Source of the DNA: Planctomycetota bacterium
Lineage (GTDB): Bacteria; Planctomycetota; UBA1135; UBA2386
Direction of reading: 5' to 3'
DNA length: 64,000 bases
Assembly: GCA_965228735.1 (NCBI GenBank)
Contig: OZ245838.1
Location: 128,001-192,000 of the forward strand
Position numbers and translations under genes: made by a program. Positions 1 through 10,147 of the stretch are shown piece by piece (position 1 is the first letter of the stretch; each line of letters opens with the position of its first letter). Under the pieces are notes generated by a model. The model was not told where the DNA came from and did not search any database. It saw only the letters and a program-made list of their open reading frames with translations.

Positions 1-2365
1 GAATCGGCTCGAGCGAACCCATCGCGTCGGCCTTGAGGATGATCTTGATCTCGGCCATCTCGCGCTCGGCGAGCTTCGCGGACAACGTCTCGAGCGTGAC
101 TGCGCTGCGTTCGGCGCGCGACAGTTCCTGCACGCGACGCTGGCGCTCTTCGACGACCTCCTTGGCCTTCTTCGCGTCCTCGACGGCGAACAGTTTGTCG
201 CCCGGCGTCGGCAGCCGGTCGAGGCCGAACAGCGTGACCGGCGTCGACGGGCCGGCTTCCTTCAGGTTGTTGCCGTGATCGTCGATCATCGCGCGCACGC
301 GCGCGTAGCTCTCGCCGCAGACGATCTGGTCCTTGAGACGCAGCGTGCCGTCGGTGACGAGCAGCGTGACGACCACGCCCTGCTCCGGCGACTGCCGTGA
401 CTCGACGACGATGCCCTTGCCGTGCGCGTCGGGGCGCGCCTCGAGCTCCATGATCTCCGTCTCGAGCAGGATGCGCTCGACGAGTTCGTCGAGCCCCTCG
501 CCCTTGAGCGCGGCCACCTCGACCATGCCGATCTCGCCGCCGAAGTCCTCGGACTGCAGCCCCTTGATCATGAGCTGCTGCTTGACCTGCATGGCGTTGG
601 CGCCGGGCGTGTCGCACTTGGTGATCGCGACGACGATCGGCTTGCTCGCGGCCTTGGCGTGGTTGATCGCCTCCTCGGTCTGCGGCATGACGCCGTCATC
701 GGCCGCGACCACGAGCACCACGACGTCGGTGATGTCGGCGCCGCGGGCGCGCATCGCGGTGAACGCCGCGTGGCCCGGGGTGTCGAGCACGACGAGCGAC
801 TGCCCCTTGTCGTTGGTGACCTTGTAGGCCCCGATGTGCTGGGTGATGCCGCCGGCCTCGCCCTTCACGACGTCGCTGTTGTGCAGCGCGTCCATGAGCG
901 TCGTCTTGCCGTGGTCGACGTGACCCATGAACGTCACGACCGGCGCGCGCTCGACGGTCTGCTCGTCCGCGCTGCTCTCGTCGAGCTGCTGGATCAGCTC
1001 GTCCATCGCTTCGGTGTGCTCGACGATCTTCACCTTGCGCTCGAGTTCGAGCGCGACGAGCTCCACCTCTTCGTTGCTCAGGAACGAGTTGATGTTCTTG
1101 CCCTTGACGTCGAGCTTGAACGTCAGCGTGCCGATCAGCTGGCTCACGCCGATGCCGAGGCCCGCGGACAGGGCCTTGATCGACACGGGTTCTTCGACCT
1201 CGACGACCTTGTTCGGGTCGACCGTGGGCGCCGTGCGCTGGCGCTTTCCGCCGGGGCCGCCACGCTGGTCGCGACCGCGGCCGGGACCGCGACGCGAGTT
1301 GGGCTGCGGCGCGAAGCGGCTGCCCGTGCGCTGCTGCATCTTCTGCAGCGCCGCGCGGCGCAGGTCGCGCGCCGGCTGGGGCGCGGAGCGGCGGGTCGCG
1401 TCGCGGATCGTCTCCTGCGGCAGCTCGATGCGGCCGACGACGCGGGCGCGCTGCTGCGGCATGAGGAGGCGTTTGACGTCCTCGCTCTCCTCGCCGGTCG
1501 GGGCCTCACCGGTCGGGGCTTCGGCGGCTTCGCCGGTCGGCGCCTCCGCGCTCGCCGCGGCTTCTGCCGATGCCGCCGTGTCGGCGGGCGCCTCGGGTGC
1601 GGCCGCGGCGGCGGCTTCCTGCGGTGCGGTCTCGGCGGGTGCTGCGGGCTCGGGCTCGCCGGTGGGCTCGGCGGCCACGGGCTCGGCGTCGGCCGCCACC
1701 GGCTGCTCTGCCGCCGCGGGTGCGGGCTCCGGGGCCGCCTTCGCGGCCGGTTCGGCCGCGGGTTCCATGGCCGTGCCGTCGCCGGCCGGGCTCGTCGCCT
1801 CCGGTTCGAGCGGATCGTCGGCCGTCGGCAGCGCCTTCTTTGCGGGGGCCTTCTTCGTCTTGGCCTTGGCCGGCTCGGGGGTCGGCTCCGGCGCCGCGGG
1901 CGCGCTCGCCGTCGGCGCGGCCTCGCTCGGCGGCGCGGCGGTGGGGGTGGCTTCCTCGACGGGGGGCTCGGCGGCGGGCGCCGGCGATTCCGCGACTGCG
2001 GCCGCGGGTTCCGTCGCCGCGTCCGCGGCGTCGTCGAGCGACTTCTTCGGGAGCGCCTTCTTCTTCGGGAGCGCCTTCTTCTTGGGCAGCGCCTTCTTCT
2101 TCGGCAACTCGGCTTCGGGGTCGGCCTCTGTCGCGCTGGCGCCCGGCAGCTTCTTCTTCTTCAACCCGCCGGTCGTCTTGGCGCCCTCGCCCGCCTTCGT
2201 CAGGCCCTGCGCCATGAGCTGCGCCTCGACGACCATGACGTCGGGCTCCTCGAGCGAGCCGCGCGCGTTGATGTTCTCAAAGCCCATGGCTTTGAGCCGC
2301 TTGGCCAGCTCGGCGCCCTTCATGCCGTACTGCTTGGCTAGTTCGGAGACGCGTACCTTTTTCAA
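1..2365 (-). CDS. infB: Translation initiation factor IF-2 (3' part runs off the window)
   Basis: Not in the ORF track (open at the edge). TTG start at 2365 after GGAG; MKKVRVSELAK N-terminus; G-domain motifs MGHVDHGKTT, DTPGHAAF, TKCD; lies downstream of nusA. Confidence 0.97.
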   Translation of the reverse strand, partial: MKKVRVSELAKQYGMKGAELAKRLKAMGFENINARGSLEEPDVMVVEAQLMAQGLTKAGEGAKTTGGLKKKKLPGASATEADPEAELPKKKALPKKKALPKKKALPKKSLDDAADAATEPAAAVAESPAPAAEPPVEEATPTAAPPSEAAPTASAPAAPEPTPEPAKAKTKKAPAKKALPTADDPLEPEATSPAGDGTAMEPAAEPAAKAAPEPAPAAAEQPVAADAEPVAAEPTGEPEPAAPAETAPQEAAAAAAPEAPADTAASAEAAASAEAPTGEAAEAPTGEAPTGEESEDVKRLLMPQQRARVVGRIELPQETIRDATRRSAPQPARDLRRAALQKMQQRTGSRFAPQPNSRRGPGRGRDQRGGPGGKRQRTAPTVDPNKVVEVEEPVSIKALSAGLGIGVSQLIGTLTFKLDVKGKNINSFLSNEEVELVALELERKVKIVEHTEAMDELIQQLDESSADEQTVERAPVVTFMGHVDHGKTTLMDALHNSDVVKGEAGGITQHIGAYKVTNDKGQSLVVLDTPGHAAFTAMRARGADITDVVVLVVAADDGVMPQTEEAINHAKAASKPIVVAITKCDTPGANAMQVKQQLMIKGLQSEDFGGEIGMVEVAALKGEGLDELVERILLETEIMELEARPDAHGKGIVVESRQSPEQGVVVTLLVTDGTLRLKDQIVCGESYARVRAMIDDHGNNLKEAGPSTPVTLFGLDRLPTPGDKLFAVEDAKKAKEVVEERQRRVQELSRAERSAVTLETLSAKLAEREMAEIKIILKADAMGSLEPI
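2040..2110 (-). repeat. 18-bp coding tandem repeat (LPKKKA)x~4 in the IF-2 N-terminal low-complexity region
   Basis: Reads ELPKKKALPKKKALPKKKALPKKS on the minus strand. Confidence 0.85.
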
Positions 2366-2466
2366 ACTGATGGCTCCTGGGCGGGCAGCGACGGCTGCCC
2401 CGGGTGGGTGGGAGAGTCGGACGGGAAGCGGAGGGAGGGTGCGGGAGGCGGAACGACCGCTACCGG

Positions 2467-3705
2467 TCACGATTGTTGGGCCGAACGATCCGGGTCGGCG
2501 TCGCCCGAATCGGCCGTGGTGGATTCATCACCGCTGCTGGCGTCACCGGCCGGATCCCCAACAGCAGGATCAGCAGCAGCCGGATCCGCAGCAGCCGGAT
2601 CCGCAGCAGCCGGATCCGCAGCAGTGGGTTCGGTCGCGGGTGTCTCGGCCGCGGTCTCGGCCGGCGCCTCCGGGGCAGCCTCTGCCGTCCCGCCGCCAGC
2701 CTCACCGCCGCCAGCTTCACCGCTGCCGGCGCCATCCTCACCCGTGACGCCCTCGTCTTCTTCGACGGAGCGCTCGAGTTCGGCGCGGGTCATGATGTCG
2801 ATGTCCCAGCCGGTCAGCTTGCTCGCGAGGCGAACGTTCTGGCCCTTGCGGCCGATGGCGAGGGACTGCTGGTCCTCGTTGACGATGACGAGCGCCTTCT
2901 TGGTTGCCGGATCGAGCGTGATGTCGCCGACCTCGGACGGCTTGAGCGCGTTCGCGATCAGCGTCACCGGATCGTTGTTCCAACGGATGATGTCGATGCG
3001 CTCGCCGTTGAGCTCGTCGATGATCGACTTGATGCGGTTGCCGCGCACGCCGACGCACGCGCCGACGCAGTCGACCTTGTCGTCGCTCGAATCGACGGCG
3101 AGCTTCGTTCGGTAGCCGGGTTCGCGTTCGATGCGGCGGATCATGATCGTGCCGTCGGCGATCTCCGGCACCTCGAGCTCGAACAGCGCGCGCACGAGGT
3201 CGCGGTGCGTGCGGCTCAGGATCACCTTGACGCGCGGCCCGACCTTCTTGACCTCGTAGACGAGTGCGCGGATGCGTTCGCCGACGTTGTAGTTCTCACT
3301 GCGGACCTTCTCGGACCGCGGCAGGATGCCCTCGATGTTGCGACCGAGGTTGACGATCACGGTGTCGCCCTCGAAGCGCTGGATCGTGCCGATCACGATC
3401 TCGCCGAGCTTCATCTCGTACTCGTCGTAGATCACGTCGCGCTCGGCCTCGCGCACGAGCGAGATGATCGCCTGCTTCACCGACATCGCGAAGATGCGGC
3501 CCTGCTCCTCCATCGACACGTCGTAGTTGCACTGGAACTCGCCCGTGTCCTGATCGAGCATGATCTCGATGTCGTCGACCCCGTACTTCTTCGCCAGCGC
3601 CTGCGCCATCGCGCGCTCGATGCCGGCAATCAACGCTTCCTTGTCGATCTCCTTGTCACGGGCGATCGAGTCGATGTAGCGAAGGATTTCGGAAGCGTTG
3701 GCCAT
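2467..3705 (-). CDS. nusA: Transcription termination/antitermination factor NusA (short NTD, S1, 2xKH, acidic low-complexity tail)
   Basis: Motifs ALFELEVPEI, REPGYRTK, GACVGVRGNRI, SLAIGRKGQNVRLASKLTGW. Confidence 0.97.
   Translation of the reverse strand: MANASEILRYIDSIARDKEIDKEALIAGIERAMAQALAKKYGVDDIEIMLDQDTGEFQCNYDVSMEEQGRIFAMSVKQAIISLVREAERDVIYDEYEMKLGEIVIGTIQRFEGDTVIVNLGRNIEGILPRSEKVRSENYNVGERIRALVYEVKKVGPRVKVILSRTHRDLVRALFELEVPEIADGTIMIRRIEREPGYRTKLAVDSSDDKVDCVGACVGVRGNRIKSIIDELNGERIDIIRWNNDPVTLIANALKPSEVGDITLDPATKKALVIVNEDQQSLAIGRKGQNVRLASKLTGWDIDIMTRAELERSVEEDEGVTGEDGAGSGEAGGGEAGGGTAEAAPEAPAETAAETPATEPTAADPAAADPAAADPAAADPAVGDPAGDASSGDESTTADSGDADPDRSAQQS
2565..2624. repeat. 15-bp tandem repeat CCGGATCCGCAGCAG (3 perfect copies plus 1 degenerate) encoding (AADPA)n in the NusA tail
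   Basis: Perfect copies at 2580, 2595 and 2610. Confidence 0.9.
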
Positions 3706-4040
3706 GGGGAAGGGAAGCAGGGGGCCCGGGCGCGATCGCGTCGCCGACGGGGCCTCGCCCGCTCGGCGCCACGCTCGCGGAGAACGAGCCTGTCAGTGGC
3801 CGTGGTCACACGGCCGATGGAAACAGCAGAGCCCCGGCAGGCAGCACAATCCCCGGCTCCGGAACTGTCGTTTTGCTCGCTGGCAAAGCGCCGGCCCGGA
3901 GTGCCTGCGACGAATCGCCGCATCCAAGGTGTTGTGTTGACTGCCCGGGCGGTGCCGGGATGTCGGTTGACGAGCTGCGCGGTGAGCCGTACGGAAGCGA
4001 GCCTCCGGACGGCCCGTCGCACATCGCGTCGGGGCGGAGG

Positions 4041-4068
4041 ATGGTAGCCATGAGCCCTGCCGGGTCAA
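4041..4068 (-). promoter_or_regulatory. Putative sigma70 promoter of nusA-infB (TTGACC-16 nt-TACCAT)
   Basis: Minus strand ttgacc cggcagggctcatggc taccat, about 330 nt upstream of nusA. Confidence 0.55.
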
Positions 4069-4248
4069 CCGAACAACCGTTCCGCGGGGAATATCGTGCT
4101 GCACGGCCGGTTCGGGGAGGGTGCCTCGGACCCGGTCGTTCACCGACCGGGCGGGTTCGGCGCGGCCCCGGTCCGACGGATGAACGGGTCGCGCCGGTTA
4201 CTCGTTCCGGGTAGCGATCTAGAAGCAGCCAGCCGCTCGCTACGGCCC

Positions 4249-4731
4249 ATGACCGACCTCGCCCATAACCTCTCCCTCCGGCCGTTCCGCCTCACCGATG
4301 CGGATGCGATCGAGCCGTGGCTGTCCGCGCCGGGCCTGTCGTTGCCCGCGGGCGCCGCCCGCCGCGATTGGCCGGCGCGATTGCTCGCCGATGGCCGGAT
4401 CGTGCTGCAGGTCGGGGAGTCCGATGGCCGCCAGATCGGTCTCGTGCGGCTCGACTGCGGCCCGGATCGGGTCGCCGAGATCACGCTCGTGATCGCGCCC
4501 GAGAGTCGCCGGTGTGGGCTCGGCCGGGCGATGCTGCTGGGCGCGATCCGACAGGCGCGCGCCCTCGGCCTCGTGCAGCTCGTCGCGAGCATCGACCTCG
4601 GCAACACCGTCGCGCTCGAGTTCTTCCAGGACATGGGCTTCGTCGCGCGTGGCGTGGTCGCCAACCGCCTGCGCCTCGTCCGCGAGGTGCACGCGGGTGT
4701 CGGCCAGCCACCGATCGAGATCGAGATCTGA
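4249..4731 (+). CDS. GNAT family N-acetyltransferase
   Basis: LSLRPFRLTDAD start; AcCoA motif IAPESRRCGLGRAML; GNTVALEFFQDMGF. Confidence 0.85.
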   Translation: MTDLAHNLSLRPFRLTDADAIEPWLSAPGLSLPAGAARRDWPARLLADGRIVLQVGESDGRQIGLVRLDCGPDRVAEITLVIAPESRRCGLGRAMLLGAIRQARALGLVQLVASIDLGNTVALEFFQDMGFVARGVVANRLRLVREVHAGVGQPPIEIEI

Positions 4732-4772
4732 CCCGGCCTGGCCCGCGGGCAGGTTCGCGCGCGCCCGGTCCG

Positions 4773-5831
4773 TCAGCGTTCGCGGGCGGCGGCCAGGCAA
4801 CGGGTCGCGAGCGCGGCGACGATCGCCCGCGTCGGGGCGTCCTGCGGCCATTCGGGCGGCAGCACGTTCGCGCTCGCGCTGGCGGCATCCGGGAACGCGG
4901 CATCCGGGAATAGGGTCGAAGCCTCCTGGGGCAGGTTGAGGACCCGGTCGCGACAGTGCTGCAGCACCTCGTAGTCGCGCGTCAGCCATTCGCGGTCGAG
5001 GCCGGTCAGATCCATCGGTCGGGCATCGTGTTCGAGCGCCGCGGCCGCGCGTGCCAGCAGCTCGGCCGCGTCCGCGCCGCCGCTGCGCAGCTCCGCGATC
5101 GCGACCTTGGCGAACGCGGCCCGACCGGGCGCGTAGCGCGCGCCCGCCGCTGCGGCGCGGTTCAGCGTCCGGGCCGCTTCCAGCAATGCCGGGTCGAGGC
5201 TGCGGTTCTGGCGCCTGGCTTCGAACTCGAAGCCCGTCGTGTTCGGCAGCTCGAGCACGTGACGCAAGAACCAGGCGACGATGGCATCGTCCGAGGAACG
5301 GTCGAGTCGGTCGTAGACCACGATCGTCACGCGTTCGGCCCCGAGGGCCTCGACGGCCTTGACGATCGTGGTTTCCGGTCGGAGCACGTCGCCCGCGCCG
5401 AGCACCTGTGACGCGATGTACTCGGGTAGCGACTCGGCCAATCCGTGTTTGATGTCCTCGCGCCAGCGCGACAGGCACGCGGCGCTGCGGCGCCGGATCA
5501 CGAGGACCCAGTCGAGCGCTGCCGGCTCCGCCAACTCGAGGATCGTGCGCACCTGGTCCGCGGTGAGCCCCGAGAACTCCTCGCTCGATAGCAATGTCCG
5601 CGGGGGGCCGGATTGCCGCAACGACTCGAACACCGCGGCCGCGCCCTCGCGGTCGCCGGCCCTGACCAACCTGGCCAACTCGTGGTGACCGGCGAGAAGG
5701 CCGCGGCCGGAGCTCGGGTAGGCGATGCCGCGATCCGCGAGCCAGGCCCGATTGGCCGCGTTCGCGAAGTGCGTCTGCAGATGCGTCGTGCCGGTGCGGG
5801 GGAGGCCGGCGTGCACGATGAGCGACGTCAT
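4773..5831 (-). CDS. Sulfotransferase-like P-loop protein
   Basis: N-terminal IVHAGLPRTGTTHLQ (PAPS-binding-like loop); LLSSEEFS; NRSL motif. Confidence 0.6.
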   Translation of the reverse strand: MTSLIVHAGLPRTGTTHLQTHFANAANRAWLADRGIAYPSSGRGLLAGHHELARLVRAGDREGAAAVFESLRQSGPPRTLLSSEEFSGLTADQVRTILELAEPAALDWVLVIRRRSAACLSRWREDIKHGLAESLPEYIASQVLGAGDVLRPETTIVKAVEALGAERVTIVVYDRLDRSSDDAIVAWFLRHVLELPNTTGFEFEARRQNRSLDPALLEAARTLNRAAAAGARYAPGRAAFAKVAIAELRSGGADAAELLARAAAALEHDARPMDLTGLDREWLTRDYEVLQHCRDRVLNLPQEASTLFPDAAFPDAASASANVLPPEWPQDAPTRAIVAALATRCLAAARER

Positions 5832-5944
5832 GGGGTGGGGCAGAACGCTCGTGATGATGGCCTTGGCCGCAGCCGATTGCCAGCCGGCGACCCGGCCGCG
5901 AAACGCGGTTGGGTCGGGCTGCATCGCGGCGTAGCGTGACTCTC

Positions 5945-7153
5945 GTGACCGCGTCCGCAACAGTGCTCCGCCTGACTCCGAAGGCCAGTCGACTCGCGCG
6001 CGGCGGGCGTTTGTGGTTCTTCGCCGACGACATCGCGGAGGGCGTCGCCGCGCCGCCGCGGCTCGTGCGCCTGCACGACGACGGGCGCCGCGATCTCGGG
6101 CTCGCGCTGACGGGCAGCGGCAAGATCGTGCTGCGGCGCTGTGGCCCGTGGCCGCTCACGGCGCACTCGGAGCCGAGTGGTTCGCCGGTGCCCGACCGCC
6201 AGGCCTTCTTCGGGGCGCGGCTCGATGCGGCGCTCGCCGAACGGGCTGCGCTCGACCCGACGGGCGGCGTGCGGCTCGTGCATGCCGAGGGGGACGCGTT
6301 GCCCGGCCTCGTGGTCGACCGCTACGGGCCCGTGCTCGTGCTGCAGGTCACCAACCCCGTCGTCGAGGCCGCGCTCGACGCGATCGTGCCGCACCTCGTC
6401 GAGCGCACCGGCTGCGAGACCGTGATCGCGCGCAACGACGTGCCCGTGCGGCGGCGCGAAGGGCTGCCGACCGACGTGCGGTTGCTCCACGGTCGCCGCC
6501 GCGACGAGGTCACGATCGCGGAGCACGGTGTCCGCCACGTCGTGCGGCCGTTCGAGGGCCACAAGACCGGGTTCTACCTCGATCAACGGCCGGCGCGGCA
6601 GCTCGTGCGCGAGCTCAGCAATGGCCGCGACGTGCTCGACCTCTTCGCCTACCAGGGCGCGTTCGCGCTGGCCGCGCTCGCCGGTGGCGCGCGCAGCGCG
6701 GTCGCCGTCGATCAGTCCGACGCGGCGCTCGCGCGCGCGCAGGCCGGCGCGGAGGCGAACGGTCTGAGTGGTCTCGAGGTCGTCGCGGAGAACGCGTTCG
6801 ATCACGTGCGCGCGCTGCGCGACGCGGGCCGTCGGTTCGGGCTCGTCGTCCTCGATCCGCCGGCGTTCGCGAAGTCGCGGCGCGAGGTCCGCGGCGCCGA
6901 GCGCGGCTACCGCGACCTCAACCGGCTGGCGCTGCGCCTGCTCGAGCCCGGCGGTTTCCTGCTCACCTGCACCTGCAGCCATCACATGACCCTGCCGCGG
7001 TTCGAAGACGTCGTGCGACAAGCCGCCGCGGGGTTGCCGTTCCGCGTCGCGCTGCGCCAGCGCCTCGGCGCGGGCCCGGACCACCCGGCCCCGATCACCC
7101 ATCCCGAGTCCGAGTATCTCAAGGTCCTGCTGCTGCAACGGACCGGGGATTGA
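5945..7153 (+). CDS. Class I SAM-dependent rRNA methyltransferase, RlmI/RlmK-like
   Basis: [53 protein letters not shown] start chosen 7 nt after TAGCGT. Confidence 0.9.
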   Translation: MTASATVLRLTPKASRLARGGRLWFFADDIAEGVAAPPRLVRLHDDGRRDLGLALTGSGKIVLRRCGPWPLTAHSEPSGSPVPDRQAFFGARLDAALAERAALDPTGGVRLVHAEGDALPGLVVDRYGPVLVLQVTNPVVEAALDAIVPHLVERTGCETVIARNDVPVRRREGLPTDVRLLHGRRRDEVTIAEHGVRHVVRPFEGHKTGFYLDQRPARQLVRELSNGRDVLDLFAYQGAFALAALAGGARSAVAVDQSDAALARAQAGAEANGLSGLEVVAENAFDHVRALRDAGRRFGLVVLDPPAFAKSRREVRGAERGYRDLNRLALRLLEPGGFLLTCTCSHHMTLPRFEDVVRQAAAGLPFRVALRQRLGAGPDHPAPITHPESEYLKVLLLQRTGD

Positions 7154-7206
7154 CCCCGACTCCCCGACGCGGACCATCTCCGACGCGGAGCGATCCTCGA
7201 CCTGGC

Positions 7207-7425
7207 ATGAACGACGCCCCCGACATCTCGATCACCGTCAACGGCGACGCCCGCGCGATCCCGGCTGGCAGCACGGTCGCCGATCTGCTGGCCGCGCTCG
7301 GTCTGACCGCCGGGCCGGTCGCGGTCGAACGCAACCGCGAGGTCGTCCGCAAGGCCGTGCACGGCGAGACCGTGCTGGCGGCGGGGGACCGCCTCGAGGT
7401 CGTGACGTTCCTGGGCGGTGGCTGA
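7207..7425 (+). CDS. thiS: Sulfur carrier protein ThiS
   Basis: 72 aa; [16 protein letters not shown]-terminal [10 protein letters not shown]. Confidence 0.92.
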   Translation: MNDAPDISITVNGDARAIPAGSTVADLLAALGLTAGPVAVERNREVVRKAVHGETVLAAGDRLEVVTFLGGG

Positions 7426-7509
7426 GCTGCCGGCGGGCCTGCGGGCGCCGTCCGTTCCGGCGATTGGGGGCTGGAATCCCGGTGGCCGGACGCTACTGTT
7501 CTCCGCCCC

Positions 7510-7644
7510 ATGAAGCTCAAGGTCAGCAACAGCAACCGCAAGCGGGCCAAGAAGGTCGGCTTCCGCACGCGCAGCAAGACGGTCGGCGGCCGCAAGATCA
7601 TCAAGCGGAAGATCAAGCGCTCCGGCAAGTTCCGCGTGGGCTAG
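7510..7644 (+). CDS. rpmH: 50S ribosomal protein L34 (44 aa, absent from the ORF track)
   Basis: MKLKVSNSNRKRAKKVGFRTRSKTVGGRKIIKRKIKRSGKFRVG; the GFR.R..T.GGR.I.KR pattern of bL34. Confidence 0.85.
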   Translation: MKLKVSNSNRKRAKKVGFRTRSKTVGGRKIIKRKIKRSGKFRVG

Positions 7645-7653
7645 AAGATTCTT

Positions 7654-7755
7654 CCGCTCGCCGCGGGGGCGGGCGCAGCGCTCGATTCTTCCGCTCGCCG
7701 CGGGGGCGGTCTCCCGCTCGCCGCGGGGGCGGTCTCCCGCTCGCCGCGGGGGCGG
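7654..7755. repeat. Four copies of 19-bp CCGCTCGCCGCGGGGGCGG between convergent genes
   Basis: Copies at 7654, 7691, 7714 and 7737; each can fold as an imperfect hairpin. Confidence 0.9.
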
Positions 7756-7883
7756 TCCGCGCTCGGCGCGGGAACGGTTCCCGCCGGCGCTGGCGTTCCG
7801 TCTCGAGCCGCGCCCACGTCGCTTGCGCGACGACGTCGTTCCCTGGTCGGGCCCCGCGGCCGACGGGGTGGCCGGCTGGGCTC

Positions 7884-8651
7884 CTACTTGCCCGGCAGCT
7901 GCTGCTTGAGGAACGCCATGTCCTCGGCGAACTGCTTCAGCGCGGTGCGGTCGGCGTCGCGGATCTTGCTGAACTTCGCGGTCACCTTGACCGCGCCATC
8001 GCCCGCGTCCTCGACCGCGTCGATGTGGTTCACGGTCTCGAAGAAGCCCTTCTTGATCATCTTGACCTGGAACTTCAGGTTCACGTCGCTGCCGGCGAAG
8101 AACAGCTGCTTCGCCTGATCGGCGCTGATGTCGTCCTTCTGGCCCGACCACGTGAAGATCGCGTGGTTGTCGTCGACGTTGCTCATCGTGCCGACGAGCT
8201 GCTTCGCGCGCTTCCTTGCCCCGAGCATCTGGTTGCGGACGTCGTCCGAGAACGTGATCAGGACCTTCTGCTGCTCGACGGGCGCATCGCCGGCGAGCTC
8301 GGTCTGGTTGATCGACTTGATGATCGCCTTCTTCGCGGCCTCCTCGGTCTCGTGCATCGTGATCAGCTTGTCGATGCCGACCTTGCCGATGACGTCGGCA
8401 ACGAACGGCGACGGCTGCGCGATCACGAGGTCGCCGTCCTCGGCCCGGCAGCGCTTGTGGACCTTGATGACGGCGCCCAGCGCGGTCGAGTTGATGAACT
8501 TGACCAGCCGCATGTTGAGGATGATGTGGCTGACCCCGTCGTCGATCTGGTCCTCGACCTCCTCGATCAGGTTCGGGCAGTAGAACGTGTCGAATTCGCC
8601 CTTCAGGGTGAGGATGGCGAAATCATCGTGCAGGGAAACGTCGATCTTCAT
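7884..8651 (-). CDS. STAS-domain anti-sigma-factor antagonist with extra C-terminal domain
   Basis: LTLKGEFD, IILNMRLVKFINSTALG (phosphoacceptor Ser motif); about 135-aa C-terminal extension. Confidence 0.85.
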   Translation of the reverse strand: MKIDVSLHDDFAILTLKGEFDTFYCPNLIEEVEDQIDDGVSHIILNMRLVKFINSTALGAVIKVHKRCRAEDGDLVIAQPSPFVADVIGKVGIDKLITMHETEEAAKKAIIKSINQTELAGDAPVEQQKVLITFSDDVRNQMLGARKRAKQLVGTMSNVDDNHAIFTWSGQKDDISADQAKQLFFAGSDVNLKFQVKMIKKGFFETVNHIDAVEDAGDGAVKVTAKFSKIRDADRTALKQFAEDMAFLKQQLPGK

Positions 8652-8809
8652 GGGGACGGGGGTGCGAGCGGGGACGGAATCGGGCGCCGGATTCTGGCCG
8701 ACCGGGTCCGATCTTGCAAACCTCGGCTGGTCCAGGATCTTGTGAACTCGCAGATGGCCGGCACGACCGGGGTGCGCGGGCCCGGCGCCGTGGCTACAGT
8801 CGCGCCCGA

Positions 8810-10147
8810 ATGAAACGGTTCATGTTCTGGAAACGCGACGAGGAGGAGGCTCCGGCCGGGGCCACGGGACGGGATCCGGACGAGTCCAGTCTGTGGACCG
8901 GGGACGCTGCCGAGGACGCCCGATCGCTGCAGATCCTGCTCGACACGATCGCTGCGGTGACGGCCAATATCGACCTCGACGGCGTGCTCCGCGACATCGT
9001 CGACCGGTCGCTGGTCGTGACCCAGGCCGAGCGCGCCATCCTGCTGCTCGGCGGTTCGCCCGGGGAGCTGGCGGTCCGCGTGGCCCAGGACAAAGCGGGT
9101 CAGGAACTCGCCGGCGAACTGCAGTGGAGCCGCAGCCTCGTGAAGCGCTGCCTCGAGGAGCAGCAGGCCGTGCGCTCGGTCGTGCAGTCCGACCAGGAGG
9201 CGCTCGAGCTCGGCCAGTCGGTCTACGACCTCAAGCTGCGGGCCGTGATGTGCGCGCCGATGATGGCGCAGGAACGCATCGTCGGTGTGATCTACGTCGA
9301 CTCGCGCGCCGTGCGTCGCGAGTTCTCCGCGCGCGACCTCGGTCTGTTCGGCGCAATCTCGGCGCAGCTCGCGATCGCGGTCGAGAACGCGCGGCTGCAC
9401 GCCGACTCACTCGAGAAGGTCAAACTCCAGAAGGACATCGAGATCGCCCGGCGGATCCAACAGCACCTGCTGCCGTCCGTGCCGAGAAAGATCAAGGGTC
9501 TCCAGTTCGGTCTGCGCTACGAGGCGGCCGAGCAGGCGTCGGGGGACACCTACGACTTCATGCCGATGCGCGACGGGCGCTACGCGGTGATGATCGGTGA
9601 CGTGACCGGGCACGGCGTCGGTTCGGCGCTGCTCACGCACACCGTCCAGGCGGCGCTGCGCAGCTACCTCGAACTGCTCGACGATCCGAGCGAGATCGTG
9701 ACGCGACTCAACCGGCGACTCGTCGCGGGCGTCGAGACCGGTAACTTCATGTCGCTGCTGCTCGCGATCGTCGACCCGGAGAAGCGGACCCTGCAATACG
9801 TCAACGCCGGTCACCCCGGCGTGCTCGTGAGCGGGGCCGACGGTGTGACGGTGCACGAGCGCACGGGCATGGTGCTCGGCGTCGTCGACGACCAGACCTA
9901 CGAGGTCAGTCCGACGATCCAGCTCGCCGCGGGCGATCTGCTCTTCCTGTACACCGACGGCATCGACGAGGCGATGTCGCCCGACCGCGAGGTGTTCGGG
10001 ACCGAGCGGTTGCACGAGCTGCTCAAGGAATGCCGGTCGGAGAGCGCCAGCGGCGTGATCGACCAGGTGCAGGCGACCCTGGACCGGCACACCGGCAACG
10101 CGGCTCCCGAGGACGATTCGACGATGATCGCCGTCAAACTGCTGTGA
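8810..10147 (+). CDS. GAF + PP2C (SpoIIE/RsbU-type) phosphatase
   Basis: GAF (LRAVMCAPM, GVIYVD, LAIAVENARL); SpoIIE motifs SGDTYDF, IGDVTGHG, NAGHP, YTDGIDEA, EDDSTM. Confidence 0.93.
   Translation: MKRFMFWKRDEEEAPAGATGRDPDESSLWTGDAAEDARSLQILLDTIAAVTANIDLDGVLRDIVDRSLVVTQAERAILLLGGSPGELAVRVAQDKAGQELAGELQWSRSLVKRCLEEQQAVRSVVQSDQEALELGQSVYDLKLRAVMCAPMMAQERIVGVIYVDSRAVRREFSARDLGLFGAISAQLAIAVENARLHADSLEKVKLQKDIEIARRIQQHLLPSVPRKIKGLQFGLRYEAAEQASGDTYDFMPMRDGRYAVMIGDVTGHGVGSALLTHTVQAALRSYLELLDDPSEIVTRLNRRLVAGVETGNFMSLLLAIVDPEKRTLQYVNAGHPGVLVSGADGVTVHERTGMVLGVVDDQTYEVSPTIQLAAGDLLFLYTDGIDEAMSPDREVFGTERLHELLKECRSESASGVIDQVQATLDRHTGNAAPEDDSTMIAVKLL

Noticed and set aside
422..4047. Long + strand ORFs (422-2341, 927-2747, 2404-4047)
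   Set aside because: Antisense shadows of infB and nusA, typical of high-GC DNA; no family motifs.
7654..7755. Possible CRISPR array
   Set aside because: Repeats are 19 bp with 4-18 nt non-unique spacers; no cas genes.
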